Below, in pieces: positions 18,515-27,737 of a stretch of 64,000 nt of DNA. Every line of letters begins with the position of its first letter. The stretch's first letter is position 1. Source of the DNA: a virus; the IMG/VR virus record IMGVR_UViG_3300020576_007358; one strand, written 5' to 3'. Made by a program: the position numbers and the translations under genes. The notes beneath the pieces are model-generated. The model did no database searches, was not told the origin of the DNA, and was given only the letters and a program-made list of their open reading frames with translations.

Positions 18515-19144
18515 TTGATCAAGATGAAAGCTCAACTACCTAATCTTACTGCTGAAGAAATTGAACAAAATTGGCTTAGATATGTTTCGCTATTGGGAAA
18601 GATTGGTGATCGATCGACTGCAGCGGTTAATATGGCAGAAGCGCTAGGTGAACGACTGGCACTATGTCCAGCTTCTGCTAAGAAAGACTTTCATAGAGCG
18701 TGCGCTGGAGGTTTGGTAGACCATTCGCTAAGAGTCTTGACAAACGCTCTTACGTACAGCAAAGCTTTCGGTTGGAAGCTTCCTAAAGATTCGTTGATCT
18801 TGTCGTGCTTGTGCCACGATCTTGGTAAAGTAGGTGATGTGGACAACGAATACTACATTGCTGCAGAAGAGTGGCGTGCTCAGAAGCTTGGCGAGCTGTA
18901 CACGTACAACTACGACATGCAGCACATGAGCAATCCAGACAGAAGCATCTTCTTGCTTCAGCACTACGGCGTGAAGTTGACTCAGGATGAGCACCTGGCA
19001 ATCAGGCTCAACGATGGTTACGTCGTTGAAGAGAATAAGACGTACTGCTTGAAAGAACCGCTACTTGCTCACGTGGTCATGACTGCAGATTACGTGTCTA
19101 CGATGGTAGAAAAAGGTATGTTCCCAAGTGAATTACATCTCTGA
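18515..19144 (+). CDS. HD-domain phosphohydrolase.
   Basis: H...LCHDLGK motif. Confidence 0.5.
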   Translation: MIKMKAQLPNLTAEEIEQNWLRYVSLLGKIGDRSTAAVNMAEALGERLALCPASAKKDFHRACAGGLVDHSLRVLTNALTYSKAFGWKLPKDSLILSCLCHDLGKVGDVDNEYYIAAEEWRAQKLGELYTYNYDMQHMSNPDRSIFLLQHYGVKLTQDEHLAIRLNDGYVVEENKTYCLKEPLLAHVVMTADYVSTMVEKGMFPSELHL

Positions 19145-19343
19145 TCTTACGAAAGGATCGATCTGCGCTGGTAATTTTCAAGTGCACGTTGTTTCTAACA
19201 TCGAGCTGCACATGTACGCAGCAATGGCTATAGCATTTTCTGGCGACAAGAAAGCAGTGGCGTGGGCCGTGAAGAAAGGAGAACTGCACTTGTACAGCGC
19301 ACCAGAGAACACTGCTTTATGTACGCCATTATGATAACTAGTT

Positions 19344-19586
19344 TTGGACAACGCCATATTTAAGATCATGAGTAGAGAACTGCTCGTGAGGTATTTGAGG
19401 CTAGCGATAGGTGAGTCAAGGAACGCAAACGTTCCTACGCAGCTCATCGAACCTGATTCTGTGGATGATAACGACAAGAGGAACTTGGACCAAGTTGACG
19501 AATTTTCTGGTGCTGTAGCTGGTTACACAGCACCTCTAGGAATGTCACCAGATAAGCTGGGCAGGAAGAAGAACAAGAAGCGTTAA
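19344..19586 (+). CDS. Hypothetical protein with a basic C-terminal tail.
   Basis: ORF track only. Confidence 0.2.
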   Translation: MDNAIFKIMSRELLVRYLRLAIGESRNANVPTQLIEPDSVDDNDKRNLDQVDEFSGAVAGYTAPLGMSPDKLGRKKNKKR

Positions 19587-19699
19587 CTGAAGTGATCTGA
19601 GGATTTTGAACTTCCCCAGCATGGGAGTGTACTGTAACATTAATCGCATTCTGCGGTTTGAGCAGTACACAATTGCTCGTAAGGAATGAGGAAATAAAC

Positions 19700-20590
19700 A
19701 TGGCGATAAATCTAGAAGCAATTCGTAAGCGCATGGCAGAACTTAACGGGCAGAAGAAGACGTCTTCTGTTCAACTTTGGAAGCCAACGCCGGGCGAGTA
19801 TAAAATTCGTGCAGTTCCTTGGAAGAACTCGACAGATGACCTACCTTTCCTCGAGAGGTGGTTCTACTACATCGGAAATGCACAAGGAATCCTTTCGCCG
19901 AAGCAGTTCGGTAAGCCGGATCCGATCGATGACCTCATCAGGAAGCTGTATTCTTCTGGGAAACCAGAAGATCGTGCGATGGCAAAGCAGCTTCATCCGA
20001 AGATGAGAGCGTACGTTGCTGTCGTTGTCAGGGGTCAGGAAGACAAAGGCGTCCAGGTTTGGAGCATTGGCAAGGGAATCTACAATCGCTTGCTTGGATT
20101 TTTCTCTGACGAAGAGGTGGGAGATTTTCTTGATCCCCTCGTTGGTTTTGACCTGAAGGTGACTATCACTCAGACGCCCGGAAAGCAGTACCCAGATACG
20201 ACCGTTGATGCTGCTCGCAGGCCGTCGAAGTTGATGGAAGATCCTGCACAGATCGAGAAGTTGCTGGCGTCAACGCCAAACCTAGATGACATGTATCGTC
20301 AGAAATCGAAGGAAGAGATCGAGAAGGTCTTGAACGATTGGTTGAACAGCGACGTCGCTGCGTCAGAAGACGGCACCGAGAAGGGTGCTCCTGCTAATGA
20401 TGCGCTCGATGCACTTGTAAATGAAGTTGCAACTGCGGCGAAGGCACAACCTGCTTCTGCGCCGGCAGAAGAACCAAAGAAGCAGAACAAGAAAAAGGCA
20501 GCATCGTCTGACGATGATGATGATGCACCAAAGAAGAAGCAAACGCTTGACGATGCATTCAACGAGCTGATGGAGACATTACGTGGCTAA
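19700..20590 (+). CDS. ssDNA-binding protein, T4 gp32-like.
   Basis: MAELNGQKK N-terminus and an acidic C-terminal tail (SSDDDDDAP...DDAFNEL) typical of gp32. ATG 19700 lies inside ORF 19658..20590. Confidence 0.55.
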   Translation: MAINLEAIRKRMAELNGQKKTSSVQLWKPTPGEYKIRAVPWKNSTDDLPFLERWFYYIGNAQGILSPKQFGKPDPIDDLIRKLYSSGKPEDRAMAKQLHPKMRAYVAVVVRGQEDKGVQVWSIGKGIYNRLLGFFSDEEVGDFLDPLVGFDLKVTITQTPGKQYPDTTVDAARRPSKLMEDPAQIEKLLASTPNLDDMYRQKSKEEIEKVLNDWLNSDVAASEDGTEKGAPANDALDALVNEVATAAKAQPASAPAEEPKKQNKKKAASSDDDDDAPKKKQTLDDAFNELMETLRG

Positions 20591-21815
20591 ACCTGCTAAG
20601 GTTGTTGCGGGTGAAGAACCTGCAAAGAAGAAAGCTGCAAACAGTGACGTTGACGATCTTACGACTGAGATCATCAAGTCCATCAACAAAGAATTCGGTC
20701 AACGAGTAGCGTACAACCTGTCAGTAGACGAAGCGCCTACTAACGTGAAGCGCTGGTTGGACACTGGCTCTATTCAACTGAACTATGCTATCAGAAATGC
20801 TGCTGGAGGTGGTTATCCTGAAGGTCGAGTCATCGAGATTTCTGGACCGCCATCGATAGGAAAATCACACCTAGCGTACCACGCTGCTGCTATCGTCCAG
20901 GGAATGGGTGGACTAGTAGTTTACATCGATACTGAGAATGCAACGCCAGTTGAGAAGCTTAAGAACGTTGGCATCAACGTTGCAAAGAGGTTCGTGTACT
21001 GCGATGCACATTGCACTGAAGAAGTATTTTCGATCATCGAATCAACTATCTTGAAGGCAAAGCAAGTCATGGACAAGAATGTTCCAATTCTTGTCATATG
21101 GGACTCAGTAGCGGCTACGTCACCAAAGGCCGAGCTAGATGGTGATTACGATCAGAACACTGTTGGTTTGCAAGCCAGGGTCATCAGCAAAGGCATGAGA
21201 AAGATCACTGGTGTGATCGGTCAGAATAACGTGACCCTGCTGTGCCTCAACCAACTTCGAACTGCTATCGGCGTGACGCATGGAGATCCAGACATCACTC
21301 CGGGCGGAAAATCGATTCCTTACCATGCAACGCTCAGAATCAGGCTTTCTTCCGGAACGCAAGTTAAGGATAACAGCGGCAATGTCATAGGCATCCATGT
21401 TATCATGACAACAAAGAAGAACAAAGTCGCACCTCCTTTCAGGAAGTACGAATTTGATGTCATCTTTGGCAGAGGAATTTCTGAGCACACTTACATCTTT
21501 GACGAACTTCGATCACACTGTGAAAAGAACGCCGTGACGATCGATCACAAGGACAGCAAAGGAAACGTTGAAAAGCTTCAGATCTCAATTGAAGGCGTCT
21601 CCGCCTGGAGAACGTTGAAGGTTTTCAGCACCGTGACTGGAGAAGTTCTCATCGAGAAGAAGTTCCAAAAGAACAATTTTGATGAGATAATGGCAGATCC
21701 AGTGTATAAGCCATTCATTGACAAAGCTATAGAAGACGCGTACATCATCCATGGTGGTGATCCAGATTCGTCTGGTGAATCACCTTCGGAAGAAGAGGTC
21801 CTCGATGAAAGTTGA
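20583..21815 (+). CDS. UvsX/RecA-family recombinase.
   Basis: Walker A GPPSIGKSHLAYH and RecA-like core. Confidence 0.65.
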   Translation: MAKPAKVVAGEEPAKKKAANSDVDDLTTEIIKSINKEFGQRVAYNLSVDEAPTNVKRWLDTGSIQLNYAIRNAAGGGYPEGRVIEISGPPSIGKSHLAYHAAAIVQGMGGLVVYIDTENATPVEKLKNVGINVAKRFVYCDAHCTEEVFSIIESTILKAKQVMDKNVPILVIWDSVAATSPKAELDGDYDQNTVGLQARVISKGMRKITGVIGQNNVTLLCLNQLRTAIGVTHGDPDITPGGKSIPYHATLRIRLSSGTQVKDNSGNVIGIHVIMTTKKNKVAPPFRKYEFDVIFGRGISEHTYIFDELRSHCEKNAVTIDHKDSKGNVEKLQISIEGVSAWRTLKVFSTVTGEVLIEKKFQKNNFDEIMADPVYKPFIDKAIEDAYIIHGGDPDSSGESPSEEEVLDES

Positions 21816-22326
21816 AGTTCTCTACGATGGCCCAGCCGCCCCAGAGTACAAGACGCTCGGAGCGGCTGGGTGTGATCTGTACGCTGACGAACACCAGATC
21901 GTCCTCGCTGGAAAGACGACGATCATCTCTACGGGACTTCGGCTAGCGATCCCAGAAGGATACGAAGGTCAAGTCAGGTCAAGATCAGGTCTTGCAACGA
22001 AAGGCGTGTTCGTTCTGAACTCTCCTGGTTGCATTGATTGTTTTTCGGGTGATTCGAAGATTAGTACTCTTAATGGAAAAATGAGCATACATGATCTTCG
22101 AATCAATGATCATATTCATTCATTCAATGAATCAACGCATGAAATAGAAAGTGATATTGTCACTGCCATTGTTGATGTGGGCGTAAGAGATGTTATCATT
22201 TTTCGCCTAGATGATAATACTACAATGTCTTTGACACCTGGAACGCTTGTATATACTAGCGCCGGCTTGAAGAGAGCTGATCAATTGACGTCATCTGATG
22301 AAATACTGGTTGACCATGATAGTTAG
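21805..22326 (+). CDS. dut: dUTPase N-terminal piece (motifs 1-3, ...VLNSPGCID) fused to an intein N-half (starts CFSGDSKIS at 22039) and ending in a stop.
   Basis: dUTPase motifs AGCDLY, RSG and NSPG.ID. Intein block A at C+1. ATG 21805 overlaps the RecA stop. Confidence 0.6.
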   Translation: MKVEVLYDGPAAPEYKTLGAAGCDLYADEHQIVLAGKTTIISTGLRLAIPEGYEGQVRSRSGLATKGVFVLNSPGCIDCFSGDSKISTLNGKMSIHDLRINDHIHSFNESTHEIESDIVTAIVDVGVRDVIIFRLDDNTTMSLTPGTLVYTSAGLKRADQLTSSDEILVDHDS

Positions 22327-22331
22327 TTATC

Positions 22332-23267
22332 ATGGTCAAATGTTTGATATGCAACGTTGAAAAACCCTATTCTATCGTTGAACATCTACGTTGTAAGCAC
22401 AAATTGTCAGTTGAAGCTTATCGTAAACAATTTGCCAACGCAGAAGTGAAATCTGCGTTGGCAATTGAAGCCATTTCTAAGCAACATAAGCTTGTTTGGC
22501 AAGATGAATCATACAAGCAAAAGATGCGTGCGTCTCGACAACGCACGCATCGTACAGATGAATTTCGTAAAAAACAATCTGATATCATTAAAAGTACATA
22601 CGCCCATGGGCATAGAACTTGGAATGATGGTCTGACAAAAGATTCGGATGAAAGACTGTCTTTGATTGGAAAAAAGAATTCAGAACATTTGACAGGCAGA
22701 ACAAAAGATACACATGATTATCTTAAAGGAAAAAGTGTTTTCATGAAGAAATTTCATGAGGATAATCCCGGTGTCTTTGTTCATAATAGAATTAATTGGT
22801 CAGAAGAACGAATAAAAGAATGGAAGGAAAAAATAAGTTCATCAGTTTGTGAAGCTTACCATGATGGCAGATGTGGCAGTTCATATCGATATATCAAAGG
22901 TTGGTTCGAAACGAAAGATTCTAAAAGAGAACATTATGATTCATCATGGGAACTTTCTTTGATGGAATTCTTGGAATCATTGAATGTTACGTGGACAAAA
23001 GCACATCGAATTACGATTGATTATCAATTTAATGGTAATAGAAGATACATTCCTGATTTTTTGATATCTTGGCGTGGTAAAAATTTGCTGCTTGAATTGA
23101 AGGGTTATGTTTCATCACAGATTGAACTTGATGAAAAAACTCAAGCAGCTAAAATTTGGTCAGAGAAACAAAACATGTGTTTTTCACTGTGTCATAGCGT
23201 AAACGAAGCAAAAGATGTCATTTGTAAATTTATGACGGAGGCAAATGAAACTAGCAAAAATTGTTAA
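22332..23267 (+). CDS. Free-standing homing endonuclease (zinc finger, [10 protein letters not shown] repeats, Vsr-like core) lying between the two dUTPase/intein pieces.
   Basis: ORF track. Same family as the other Vsr-like HEs. Confidence 0.55.
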   Translation: MVKCLICNVEKPYSIVEHLRCKHKLSVEAYRKQFANAEVKSALAIEAISKQHKLVWQDESYKQKMRASRQRTHRTDEFRKKQSDIIKSTYAHGHRTWNDGLTKDSDERLSLIGKKNSEHLTGRTKDTHDYLKGKSVFMKKFHEDNPGVFVHNRINWSEERIKEWKEKISSSVCEAYHDGRCGSSYRYIKGWFETKDSKREHYDSSWELSLMEFLESLNVTWTKAHRITIDYQFNGNRRYIPDFLISWRGKNLLLELKGYVSSQIELDEKTQAAKIWSEKQNMCFSLCHSVNEAKDVICKFMTEANETSKNC

Positions 23268-23700
23268 TATTGAGCGTTCTACTGATCGTTGTTATGATTT
23301 GACCGTTGAAAACAATCATAATTTTTTCTGTAATGATGTTCTGATTCATAACTGTGATTACAGAGGCGTTGTGAAAGTCATATTGCACAACGTAGGGTCA
23401 TCGACATTTACTGTCAACAAAGGAGATAGGATAGCCCAGCTTGTAATTACGCCGATTATTCGAGCGTCATTCTCGCACTCTCGTGAGCTGCCAGAAACCG
23501 CTCGTGGAGCCGGTGGGTTTGGTTCAACTGGTACGTTAACTGATCTGTACTTGGGTCTTTGCGTTGATTACAGTTCAACATCTCTACATAAGGTGTTAAA
23601 TGGACGAAAAATCAACGCAAAGACCCATTTTGATTGTGGATTCTCTCAATCTCTTCGTGCGTTCATACGTTGCGTTTCCTGCAATGAACGTCAATGGTGA
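23245..23700 (+). CDS. dut: Intein C-half (36 aa, ...[13 protein letters not shown]) fused to the dUTPase C-terminal piece (CDYRGVV...[10 protein letters not shown]).
   Basis: Intein blocks F/G end in HN followed by Cys+1. dUTPase motifs 3 (tail), 4 and 5 follow. Start overlaps the HE stop. Confidence 0.6.
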   Translation: MKLAKIVNIERSTDRCYDLTVENNHNFFCNDVLIHNCDYRGVVKVILHNVGSSTFTVNKGDRIAQLVITPIIRASFSHSRELPETARGAGGFGSTGTLTDLYLGLCVDYSSTSLHKVLNGRKINAKTHFDCGFSQSLRAFIRCVSCNERQW

Positions 23701-24583
23701 AGCCACTGGAGGGTGCGTTGGATTCTTGAAAACGCTTCGCAAGCTTGTCAATGAGTATTCACCATCAGCTGTATACCTTGCATGGGAAGGTGGTGGATCG
23801 CAGAGAAGAAGAGCTCTGTTCTCAGAATACAAGATGAATCGACGACCAGAGAAGTTGAATCGATTCTATGAAGATGATTTGCCTGACTCTGAAGAGAATC
23901 GCCAACACCAGTTGATAGTGCTGCTGGGTTTGATGAAGTTCATCCCAGCGTGTCAACTTTACGTCTCTGATTGTGAAGGCGATGATCTTGTAGCTTACCT
24001 TGCGCGGCAAAAGTTTAAGAACGTTGACAAGATCATCGCTTCATCTGACAAAGATATGTACCAGCTCCTTGATGAGCGGACGAAGATTTACAGTTTTCAC
24101 AAGAAGATCATAATCACTGGTGATGACATCTTGAATGAGTACAAGATCAAGCCGGGAAACTTTGGTCTAGCGAAAGCGCTGTGCGGTGATCCGTCTGACA
24201 ACATCCCTGGATTGAAGGGATTTGGGTTCAAGACAGCATCTCGCGTTCTTCCATTCTTGCAGCTTCAAGATGACATTCTTGTCAGCGATGTGATCGACTA
24301 CTGCAATTCACACTATGACGAGTCAAAGTTGTACCAACGTGTTGTCGAGAATCAGGATCTTTTGAAGAGAAATTGGCGCCTTGTTCATCTAGATGGCAGC
24401 ATGCTGTCCGCTGCTCAGGCTTCCAAAGTAGATCAATTGATCAGTACATACGTCCCACGTAGTGATAGGATCAGCTTTACTCGAGGGCTTATGAAGGAAG
24501 GCATCAATGATTTTGATGTTGCTGATTTCTTCATGACCTTCAACTGCATCGAGAACGTGGAAAATAGGACTAAAGAAAAATGA
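23600..24583 (+). CDS. RNase H / 5'-3' exonuclease (FEN family).
   Basis: [17 protein letters not shown]-terminus and acidic clusters typical of T4 RNase H and Pol I 5'-nuclease. Confidence 0.6.
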   Translation: MDEKSTQRPILIVDSLNLFVRSYVAFPAMNVNGEATGGCVGFLKTLRKLVNEYSPSAVYLAWEGGGSQRRRALFSEYKMNRRPEKLNRFYEDDLPDSEENRQHQLIVLLGLMKFIPACQLYVSDCEGDDLVAYLARQKFKNVDKIIASSDKDMYQLLDERTKIYSFHKKIIITGDDILNEYKIKPGNFGLAKALCGDPSDNIPGLKGFGFKTASRVLPFLQLQDDILVSDVIDYCNSHYDESKLYQRVVENQDLLKRNWRLVHLDGSMLSAAQASKVDQLISTYVPRSDRISFTRGLMKEGINDFDVADFFMTFNCIENVENRTKEK

Positions 24584-25368
24584 ACGATGACATCAAGCCG
24601 ACAACGCAAGCTTCATTCGCACAGTATGGAAAGTCCTTCCAAGAAAAGCTGTGCCAAGCGCTGCTCGTTGACAAGCAGTTTGCTGAGCAGATGCTGGAGG
24701 TCTTTAACGTAACGTACCTAGAGCCAAAATACTTGGTGTTTCTTGCTGAACGTTATTTTTCGTACGCTCAGAAGTACAAGGTGTTTCCAACGATGCAGTT
24801 GCTCATCACGATCATCAGAGACGAGCTAAAGATTGGAACTGACGTTGTCATCAGAGATCAGATAGTAGATTACTTGCAACGCATGCGCTCTAATCCTGAC
24901 GTTGGAGATCTTCAGTACGTCAAGGAAAAGGCGCTAGATTTCTGCAGGAAGCAAGCGTTGCGCAGCGCTCTTGAAGAAGCGGTTGATCAGATACAGGCAG
25001 AGAAGTATGAATCGATCGTTGAAGGCATCAAGAAAGCAGTGATGGTCGGAACTGCTCCGCAGTTGGGTCATGACTTCTTTGCCGATTACGAGAGTCGCTT
25101 CACCAAGCTGTCGAGGAATGCAATTGCTACAGGTCTTCCAGAGCTAGATAAGAAAGACATCTTGAACGGTGGGTTGGGATCAGGTGAGCTAGGTTGCGTT
25201 GTTGGTGCGACTGGAACAGGAAAGTGTGTACATCGTGATACTTACATTCAGGTAAAATATACTGGAGTGAGAATTGATGGAAAACTATACAAGCCTTGGG
25301 ATCGAATTGCAACAAGGCGTGGAATCATCTTTGCTAGAGACGTCGTCGAATCAGATGAACTTGAGTGA
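24580..25368 (+). CDS. DnaB/gp41-like replicative helicase N-terminal piece, ending in P-loop GATGTGK, followed by an intein N-half (CVHRDTYIQ..., 47 aa) and a stop.
   Basis: Walker A is interrupted exactly at the GK|S position by Cys+1, the classic DnaB P-loop intein site. Confidence 0.6.
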   Translation: MNDDIKPTTQASFAQYGKSFQEKLCQALLVDKQFAEQMLEVFNVTYLEPKYLVFLAERYFSYAQKYKVFPTMQLLITIIRDELKIGTDVVIRDQIVDYLQRMRSNPDVGDLQYVKEKALDFCRKQALRSALEEAVDQIQAEKYESIVEGIKKAVMVGTAPQLGHDFFADYESRFTKLSRNAIATGLPELDKKDILNGGLGSGELGCVVGATGTGKCVHRDTYIQVKYTGVRIDGKLYKPWDRIATRRGIIFARDVVESDELE

Positions 25369-26458
25369 TAAATTCAAGTGTCAATATTGTTGTCAGCAAT
25401 ACAACAATCAATCTGGGTTGATCACGCATATTCGACGCAAGCATTCAACAACATTCACAGATTACAAGTTGAAATTTTCTCATCTTTACAAAGTTGAAAA
25501 AAGAGAAAAAAAACTTAGTCTAAATGAACTAGCTAGACGTAAACGTGATGAAAAAGCTATTGATGATGGACTTCAAGTTTTGAAGTGTGAAATTTGCAAT
25601 TATGAATCTTACTACAGTTTGATATCGCACATCGTAAGAAAACACGGTGTGGCTATGAATGAATATCGATCAAATTTCCCTTCAGCAGTTGTACAGCAAG
25701 TTACATCAGATGTCAGAGAAAAAAATAGAAAGAATGCAACGTTGCATCTTTCAGATCCTATCAAGAAAGCGAATTTTCTAAAACGAAGATCTTTTCCTTC
25801 TGAGATGAAACACTGGATCAATAAGGGATTTTCATCAGACGAAGCAAAGAAAAAAGTTGCTGAATTTCAACAAGCGATTGCGCTTAAAGGTAATAATGAA
25901 AAAACGAAGGCAAAACAGTCAATTAGAAATTCTGGTCAAAATAACCCAATGTCATTGACATCAATTTCGAAACGTCTTAACGTTTCGAAGGATGACGCAA
26001 GCAAATTGACACCGTGTTATGGAAGATCAGGCATCAAACATCCGATGTTTGGTAAAAAACACAGTATTGAAGCTTTGAACAAAATTGGTCAACACATTAA
26101 TCACACCGGACGTTCGAAAATCGAACACGAAATGTCTGATCTGATCATTTCATTGTATGGTGGTCTAAAGAACGTAGGAGTAAATGGTTGGTGCTGTGAT
26201 TACGTTAATCACGATCGTCAGATTATAGTTGAATTTTTTGGTGATTATTGGCATCACAATCCGGAAAAATATGATAGAAATTTTGTCAACAACTTTACTA
26301 AACGTTCATCTGAAGAAGTTTGGTTGCGTGATGCACGCAAATTGAATGAACTTAGAGAGAGCGGCTTTAACGTTGTTGTGATATGGGAATCTGATTGGCG
26401 AAACAAAAAAGAAGACAGTTTGAACAGGATAAAAGATGCTTTCAATAGAACATTGTGA
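25355..26458 (+). CDS. Free-standing homing endonuclease (C2H2 zinc fingers, Vsr-like core EFFGDYWH...VVIWESDW) between the helicase pieces.
   Basis: ORF 25274..26458. ATG 25355 (MNLSDKFKCQYC) overlaps the intein-N stop. Confidence 0.55.
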   Translation: MNLSDKFKCQYCCQQYNNQSGLITHIRRKHSTTFTDYKLKFSHLYKVEKREKKLSLNELARRKRDEKAIDDGLQVLKCEICNYESYYSLISHIVRKHGVAMNEYRSNFPSAVVQQVTSDVREKNRKNATLHLSDPIKKANFLKRRSFPSEMKHWINKGFSSDEAKKKVAEFQQAIALKGNNEKTKAKQSIRNSGQNNPMSLTSISKRLNVSKDDASKLTPCYGRSGIKHPMFGKKHSIEALNKIGQHINHTGRSKIEHEMSDLIISLYGGLKNVGVNGWCCDYVNHDRQIIVEFFGDYWHHNPEKYDRNFVNNFTKRSSEEVWLRDARKLNELRESGFNVVVIWESDWRNKKEDSLNRIKDAFNRTL

Positions 26459-27677
26459 AGTTGTTGAAGTTGTTAAAGTTGGTGATCTGTTTGCTAGCAT
26501 TGGATTTAATGATGATTCAGTTGCTGATGATTCTGGTGATTCATTTATTCCGAATGAATGGTCAATAGAAGTCAGATCACTTGACACTTTCTATCCTGTA
26601 GATGGTTTTCGTTGGACAAAACCAGAGCAGCAGGTGAAATTGACATATGGCAAAGAATCTTCTTTGCAGTGTTCACCAGAACACATTGTTTTGAAGTATT
26701 CTTCTACAGAAACTCAATGGACAAAAGTTAGTGATCTATCGCCTGGTGATGACATTGTCACTGTTAATGGCATATGCATGATTGATTCGATTGATAATCT
26801 AGAGGAACTTGATCGTCTTTGCGACCTTCAAGTATCAATTGCACATTCTTACTATGCTGACGGTGTGTTGTCACATAATTCTCACTTTCTTACGTTCTTG
26901 GGTGCAATGGCGCTGAGGAACAACGTTGATGTTCTTCACTACACGTTTGAGCTATCAGAGACTCAAGTTGGTATCAGGTATGATTCTAACTTGTGTGACA
27001 TTGATTCGAATGCTGTCATTGACAGCAAGGATCGTATTCTTACTAAGTACGCAGAGCAAAAGCTGGGACGCTTGATCATCAAGTACTTTCCGACGAACAC
27101 AGCTAGCATCTACACGCTTCGAAGTCACATCGAGCGCCTCGGAACGAAGGGTTTCAGGCCAGGATTGATTATCATCGACTATGCTGACATCATGAGATCA
27201 ACTCGTCAGTTCGATTCTTTGAGACACGAGCTTAAGCTCGTTTACGAAGAACTAAGAGGAATGGCTGGTGAGCTAGGAATCCCAGTGTGGACAGCGAGCC
27301 AGAGCAACAAAGAGGGAGCGACAAGCGAGATCATCGACATGGGAAACATGTCTGAAGCTTACGGCAAAGCGATGATCGCTGACGTGATCGTCAGCATCTC
27401 TAGGCGTGCTCACGAGAAGTCAACGGGTCAAGGTCGATTGTACGTTGCAAAGAATCGCGCCGGGCGCGATGGTCTTGTTTATCCGTTGCACATTGACACC
27501 TCAAAGAGCAACTTTGAGATCTTGGGTGGACCGGGTTCTTTGGACGTCGCCATGAAGGAGAACGAATCTGACATCAAGAAAGTTCTTCGTTCAAAGTGGA
27601 ACGAGATGAGAAATGATCCAATCATCGGCGAAAATCTAAAAAGAGGAAGCGATTCTAGCGATGACACGGGTTCTTGA
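26436..27677 (+). CDS. Intein C-part (about 148 aa with blocks B, F, G; ...VLSHN) fused to the helicase C-terminal piece (SHFLTFLGAMAL...).
   Basis: HN|S junction at 26880. Helicase motifs follow downstream (IIDYADIM, SQSNKEG, RAGRDG). Confidence 0.6.
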   Translation: MLSIEHCEVVEVVKVGDLFASIGFNDDSVADDSGDSFIPNEWSIEVRSLDTFYPVDGFRWTKPEQQVKLTYGKESSLQCSPEHIVLKYSSTETQWTKVSDLSPGDDIVTVNGICMIDSIDNLEELDRLCDLQVSIAHSYYADGVLSHNSHFLTFLGAMALRNNVDVLHYTFELSETQVGIRYDSNLCDIDSNAVIDSKDRILTKYAEQKLGRLIIKYFPTNTASIYTLRSHIERLGTKGFRPGLIIIDYADIMRSTRQFDSLRHELKLVYEELRGMAGELGIPVWTASQSNKEGATSEIIDMGNMSEAYGKAMIADVIVSISRRAHEKSTGQGRLYVAKNRAGRDGLVYPLHIDTSKSNFEILGGPGSLDVAMKENESDIKKVLRSKWNEMRNDPIIGENLKRGSDSSDDTGS

Positions 27678-27737
27678 AGTGCGTATAGTTATGAAGCACC
27701 CCTTAGCGAACTGCTGTAGAGTGGAAAGAAAGCAAGA

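Noticed and set aside
19128-19334. Small ORF 19128..19334 and other ORFs of 60-90 aa in the 19.1-19.7 kb intergenic stretch.
   Set aside because: Only 19344..19586 is kept, at low confidence. The others overlap each other in different frames without motif or coupling evidence.
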